A stretch of DNA of 55,955 nt from contig JAQXGO010000104.1 of assembly GCA_029006755.1 (NCBI GenBank), positions 1 through 55,955 on the forward strand, written 5' to 3'. Both the position numbers and the translations under genes were made by a program. The notes under the pieces were generated by a model. It made no database searches. It was not told the origin of the DNA and saw only the letters and a program-made list of their open reading frames with translations. This DNA comes from Clostridia bacterium (GTDB lineage: Bacteria > Bacillota > Clostridia > UMGS1883 > UMGS1540). Of this stretch, positions 52,529 through 55,955 are shown one piece after another (positions within the stretch are counted from its first letter, which is position 1; the number at the start of each line of letters is the position of its first letter).

Positions 52529-55500
52529 ATGGCAAGAAAAATGAAGACCATGGATGGTAATAATGCAGCGGCATGGGCATCGTATGCGTTTACCGACGTT
52601 GCAGCAATTTACCCCATTACACCATCCTCGGTCATGGCAGAGGTTACAGACGAGTGGGCAGTCGACAAGAAGGAGAACATTTTCGGTCAGCCGGTAAAGG
52701 TTGTAGAAATGCAGTCTGAAGCCGGTGCAGCCGGTGCAGTTCACGGTTCCTTGGGCGCAGGCGCACTGACAACAACGTACACAGCTTCTCAGGGTCTTCT
52801 TTTGATGATCCCGAACATGTATAAAATGGCGGGTGAACTTTTACCCTCTGTCATTCATGTAAGTGCAAGATGCGTAGCCACGCACGCTTTGAATATTTTT
52901 GGCGACCATTCCGATGTTATGGCATGCCGTCAGACAGGCTATGCACTTCTTTGCTCCAACAATCCGCAGGAAGTTATGGATTTGGGCGCAGTTGCACACC
53001 TTGCAACCATTAAAGGACGCGTCCCGTTCCTTCATTTCTTTGATGGATTCAGAACATCACACGAAATTGATAAAATTGAAGTTTGGGATTATGCAGATCT
53101 GAAGGAAATGGTTGATATGGATGCCGTTCGTGCATTCCGTAATGGTGCACTGAACCCGGAACATCCTGTTCTTCGTGGAAGCGCGCAGAATCCTGACATC
53201 TTCTTCCAGAACAGAGAAGCTTGCAACAAGTATTACGATGAAATTCCGGCAGTTGTAGAAGAGTATATGAACATGGTCAATGCCAAGATTGGTACAGATT
53301 ATGCGCTTGTAAACTACTATGGTGCACCGGATGCAGACCGCGTAATTGTTGCAATGGGTTCTGTTTGCGGAACAATTGAAGAAACAATTGATTATTTGAA
53401 TGCAAAGGGTGAAAAAGTAGGTCTTATCAAAATTCATCTGTATCGTCCTTTCCCGGTAGATGCTTTCTTAAAGGCTCTGCCTGCAACATGCAAGAAGATT
53501 GCTGTTTTAGATAGAACAAAAGAGCCCGGTTCCATTGGCGAACCGCTGTACTTGGATGTATGCGCTTGCTTTACCGGTAAGAACGATGCACCCACAATCA
53601 TCGGCGGCCGTTATGGCTTAGGCTCGAAGGATACCATTCCGGCAGACATCATTGCAGTGTACAAGAATCTGGATAGCGCAACGCCGGTTCGCGGGTTTAC
53701 ACTTTCTATCACCGATGATGTTACCAATCTCTCTCTGCCGCGTGTAGAGAATCCGGATACTTCTGCAGCCGGTAACACAGCTTGTAAATTCTGGGGTCTT
53801 GGCTCTGATGGTACTGTTGGCGCAAACAAGAACTCCATTAAGATTATTGGCGACCATACATCGTTGTTTGCACAGGCATACTTCTCCTACGATTCGAAGA
53901 AGTCCGGCGGTATTACAGTATCTCACCTGCGTTTCGGTGAAAAGCCCATTAAGTCTACCTATTTGATCAACAAAGCAAACTTTGTTGCTTGCCACAATCC
54001 TTCTTACGTAGATAAGTACGATATGGTACAGGATTTGGTTCCGGGCGGCAAGTTCCTTTTGAACTGTGCATGGGATGTAGACGAACTGTCTAACAGATTG
54101 CCTGCAAAGATGAAAAAGTTTATCGCAGAGAACAATATTTCTCTCTATACAATTGATGCGATTGGCATTGCGAAGGAATTAGGCCTTGGTAACAAGACTT
54201 CTATTGTTCTGCAGTCAGCTTTCTTTAAGCTTGCAAACGTAATTCCGTTTGAAGATGCTGTACAGTACATGCGCGATGCAGTGGTTCGTTCCTTCGGCGC
54301 AAAGGGCGAAAAGATTGTGAATATGAACCATGCTGCCATTGTGGAAGGTGAAAAGAATATTCACGAAATCGCTGTACCGGCTGATTGGAAGAACGCAACA
54401 GAAGCGGAAAAGGCAGAAAAGAATGTACCGGAATTTGTTGAAAAGATTCTGGAGAAGTGTGATAAGCAGCAGGGCGATTCTATCCCCGTTTCTACTTTCG
54501 TAGATTATGTAGACGGGCATCTGCCTCAGGGCATGGCTGCTTATGAAAAGCGTGGTATTGCAGTGGATGTTCCGGAATGGATTCCTGAAAATTGTATTCA
54601 GTGTAATCAGTGCTCTTTGGTTTGCCCGCACGCAGCAATTCGTCCGGTTGTTATGAATGAGGATGAAGTGAAGAATGCACCGGCAAACATGAAGCATAAG
54701 AAGATGAATGGTAAGGATATGGGTCAGTATGAATACGGCGTAATCGTTACCGTTATGGATTGCAGTGGTTGCGGGAACTGTGCCAAGGTATGTCCTGCAA
54801 AGGAAAAGGCACTGGTGATGAAGCCCATCGACACACAGCGTGCGGAACAGGCTTGCTATGATTACGGCGTAACCATTGAGCCGAAGGAAGAACTTTTAAA
54901 AGCACCGATTAACGCTAAGAATTCTCAGTTCCATCAGCCGCTCTTAGAGTTCTCCGGCGCATGTGCCGGCTGTGGTGAAACACCGTATGCAAAACTTGTA
55001 ACACAGATTTGTGGGGAAAGAGCTTACATTTCTAACGCAACAGGCTGTTCCTCCATCTGGGGCGGTAGCGCACCTTCAACACCGTATACAACAAACAGCA
55101 AGGGGCAAGGCCCGGCGTGGGTAAACTCTCTGTTTGAAGACAATGCAGAGCATGGTCTTGGTATGGCTGTTGGCGCAAAGCAAATGCGTGACAGATTGCG
55201 TGCACAGGTTGAGGCTATTTCCTGCGAAGGCATACAAGCAGCAAAAGAAGCTTGGATTGCAACCTACGAAGATGGCGATGCAAACCAGAAGGCAACTGCA
55301 GATTTAGTTGCGGCTTTAGAAGCTTGCGGCGGCGATGCGGCAAAGGAAGTTCTGACATATAAGGAATTCCTTTCCAAGAAAGCGATTTGGATCTTTGGTG
55401 GTGACGGCTGGGCATATGATATCGGGTATGGAGGTCTTGATCACGTACTGGCTTCCGGTGAGGATGTAAATGTTCTTGTATTTGATACAGAAGTTTATTC

Positions 55501-55955
55501 CAATACCGGCGGACAGGCTTCCAAGTCCACACCGACCGGTGCAGTTGCACAGTTCGCAGCAGGCGGTAAGCCCATTAAGAAGAAAAACTTAGCTGAAATG
55601 GCTATGTCCTATGGTTATGTATACGTTGCACAGGTTGCCTTGGGTTACGATATGAATCAGACGGTTAAGGCAATTCGCGAAGCTGTAACTTACAATGGAC
55701 CTTCCTTGATTATCGCTTATGCTCCTTGCATTAACCATGGTATTAAGGGCGGCATGACAGATACACAAAAGGTTATCAAGAATGCGGTTTTAGCTGGTTA
55801 CTGGCATACATTCCGCTTTGATCCTCGTGCACAAGCAGAGGGCAAGAATCCGTTTACAATGGATTCTAAGGCACCGGATGCTTCCTACAGAGACTTCATC
55901 ATGAATGAGGTTCGCTATAGTTCCTTAACACGCAAGTTCCCGGATCGTGCAGAAG
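52529..55955 (+). CDS. nifJ: Pyruvate:ferredoxin (flavodoxin) oxidoreductase, 3' partial; absent from the supplied ORF track
   Basis: Translated by hand from ATG at 52529 after AGGAGG: MARKMKTMDGNNAAA...AIYPITPSS, EMQSEAGAAG, CIQCNQC and CSGCGNC ferredoxin motifs, GACAGCGE, GGDGWAYDIG TPP motif. The frame appears open to the window end. Confidence 0.97.
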   Translation, partial: MARKMKTMDGNNAAAWASYAFTDVAAIYPITPSSVMAEVTDEWAVDKKENIFGQPVKVVEMQSEAGAAGAVHGSLGAGALTTTYTASQGLLLMIPNMYKMAGELLPSVIHVSARCVATHALNIFGDHSDVMACRQTGYALLCSNNPQEVMDLGAVAHLATIKGRVPFLHFFDGFRTSHEIDKIEVWDYADLKEMVDMDAVRAFRNGALNPEHPVLRGSAQNPDIFFQNREACNKYYDEIPAVVEEYMNMVNAKIGTDYALVNYYGAPDADRVIVAMGSVCGTIEETIDYLNAKGEKVGLIKIHLYRPFPVDAFLKALPATCKKIAVLDRTKEPGSIGEPLYLDVCACFTGKNDAPTIIGGRYGLGSKDTIPADIIAVYKNLDSATPVRGFTLSITDDVTNLSLPRVENPDTSAAGNTACKFWGLGSDGTVGANKNSIKIIGDHTSLFAQAYFSYDSKKSGGITVSHLRFGEKPIKSTYLINKANFVACHNPSYVDKYDMVQDLVPGGKFLLNCAWDVDELSNRLPAKMKKFIAENNISLYTIDAIGIAKELGLGNKTSIVLQSAFFKLANVIPFEDAVQYMRDAVVRSFGAKGEKIVNMNHAAIVEGEKNIHEIAVPADWKNATEAEKAEKNVPEFVEKILEKCDKQQGDSIPVSTFVDYVDGHLPQGMAAYEKRGIAVDVPEWIPENCIQCNQCSLVCPHAAIRPVVMNEDEVKNAPANMKHKKMNGKDMGQYEYGVIVTVMDCSGCGNCAKVCPAKEKALVMKPIDTQRAEQACYDYGVTIEPKEELLKAPINAKNSQFHQPLLEFSGACAGCGETPYAKLVTQICGERAYISNATGCSSIWGGSAPSTPYTTNSKGQGPAWVNSLFEDNAEHGLGMAVGAKQMRDRLRAQVEAISCEGIQAAKEAWIATYEDGDANQKATADLVAALEACGGDAAKEVLTYKEFLSKKAIWIFGGDGWAYDIGYGGLDHVLASGEDVNVLVFDTEVYSNTGGQASKSTPTGAVAQFAAGGKPIKKKNLAEMAMSYGYVYVAQVALGYDMNQTVKAIREAVTYNGPSLIIAYAPCINHGIKGGMTDTQKVIKNAVLAGYWHTFRFDPRAQAEGKNPFTMDSKAPDASYRDFIMNEVRYSSLTRKFPDRAE

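Noticed and set aside
52433-55550. Minus-strand ORFs in the last 3.5 kb
   Set aside because: Antisense shadows of nifJ.
1-55955. CRISPR arrays, transposases, integrases, prophage or defence genes
   Set aside because: No spaced direct repeats or matching protein motifs seen by eye; short or degenerate repeats could have been missed.

Overview
A 56-kb, mostly housekeeping chromosomal segment from a spore-forming anaerobic Clostridia-type Firmicute, probably a gut or rumen metagenome assembly (inferred from gene content). In order: 3' part of rpoC; ybxF-rpsL-rpsG-fusA-tuf; a dCMP-deaminase gene; a valine T-box leader controlling an acyl-CoA synthetase-valS-folC-rsmD-pfkA run; spoIIGA-sigE without sigG; a minus-strand recJ-rel-MBL-hemZ-kinase-galT-galK block; metA-Cys-rich ORF-pth-mfd-prsA-yebC; a heterodimeric ABC exporter; an AT-rich accessory remnant (patatin, PAP2, truncated XRE gene, stacked hairpins) next to tRNA-Arg(ACG); a secondary cell-wall polysaccharide locus (two LbH acyltransferases, MurJ, GT4, DUF4330, ligase/polymerase, GT4-CsaB fusion); a MATE pump; and pyruvate:ferredoxin oxidoreductase running off the window end, which the ORF track missed. 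I saw no CRISPR array, integrase, transposase or prophage. The best candidate for an undescribed system is a short/branched-chain acyl-CoA synthetase placed first under the Val T-box, which suggests valine-starvation-induced salvage of isobutyrate into valine. The second is a hairpin before spoIIGA that may act as terminator, RBS sequester and promoter container at once. All family assignments come from motif recognition, not database searches.
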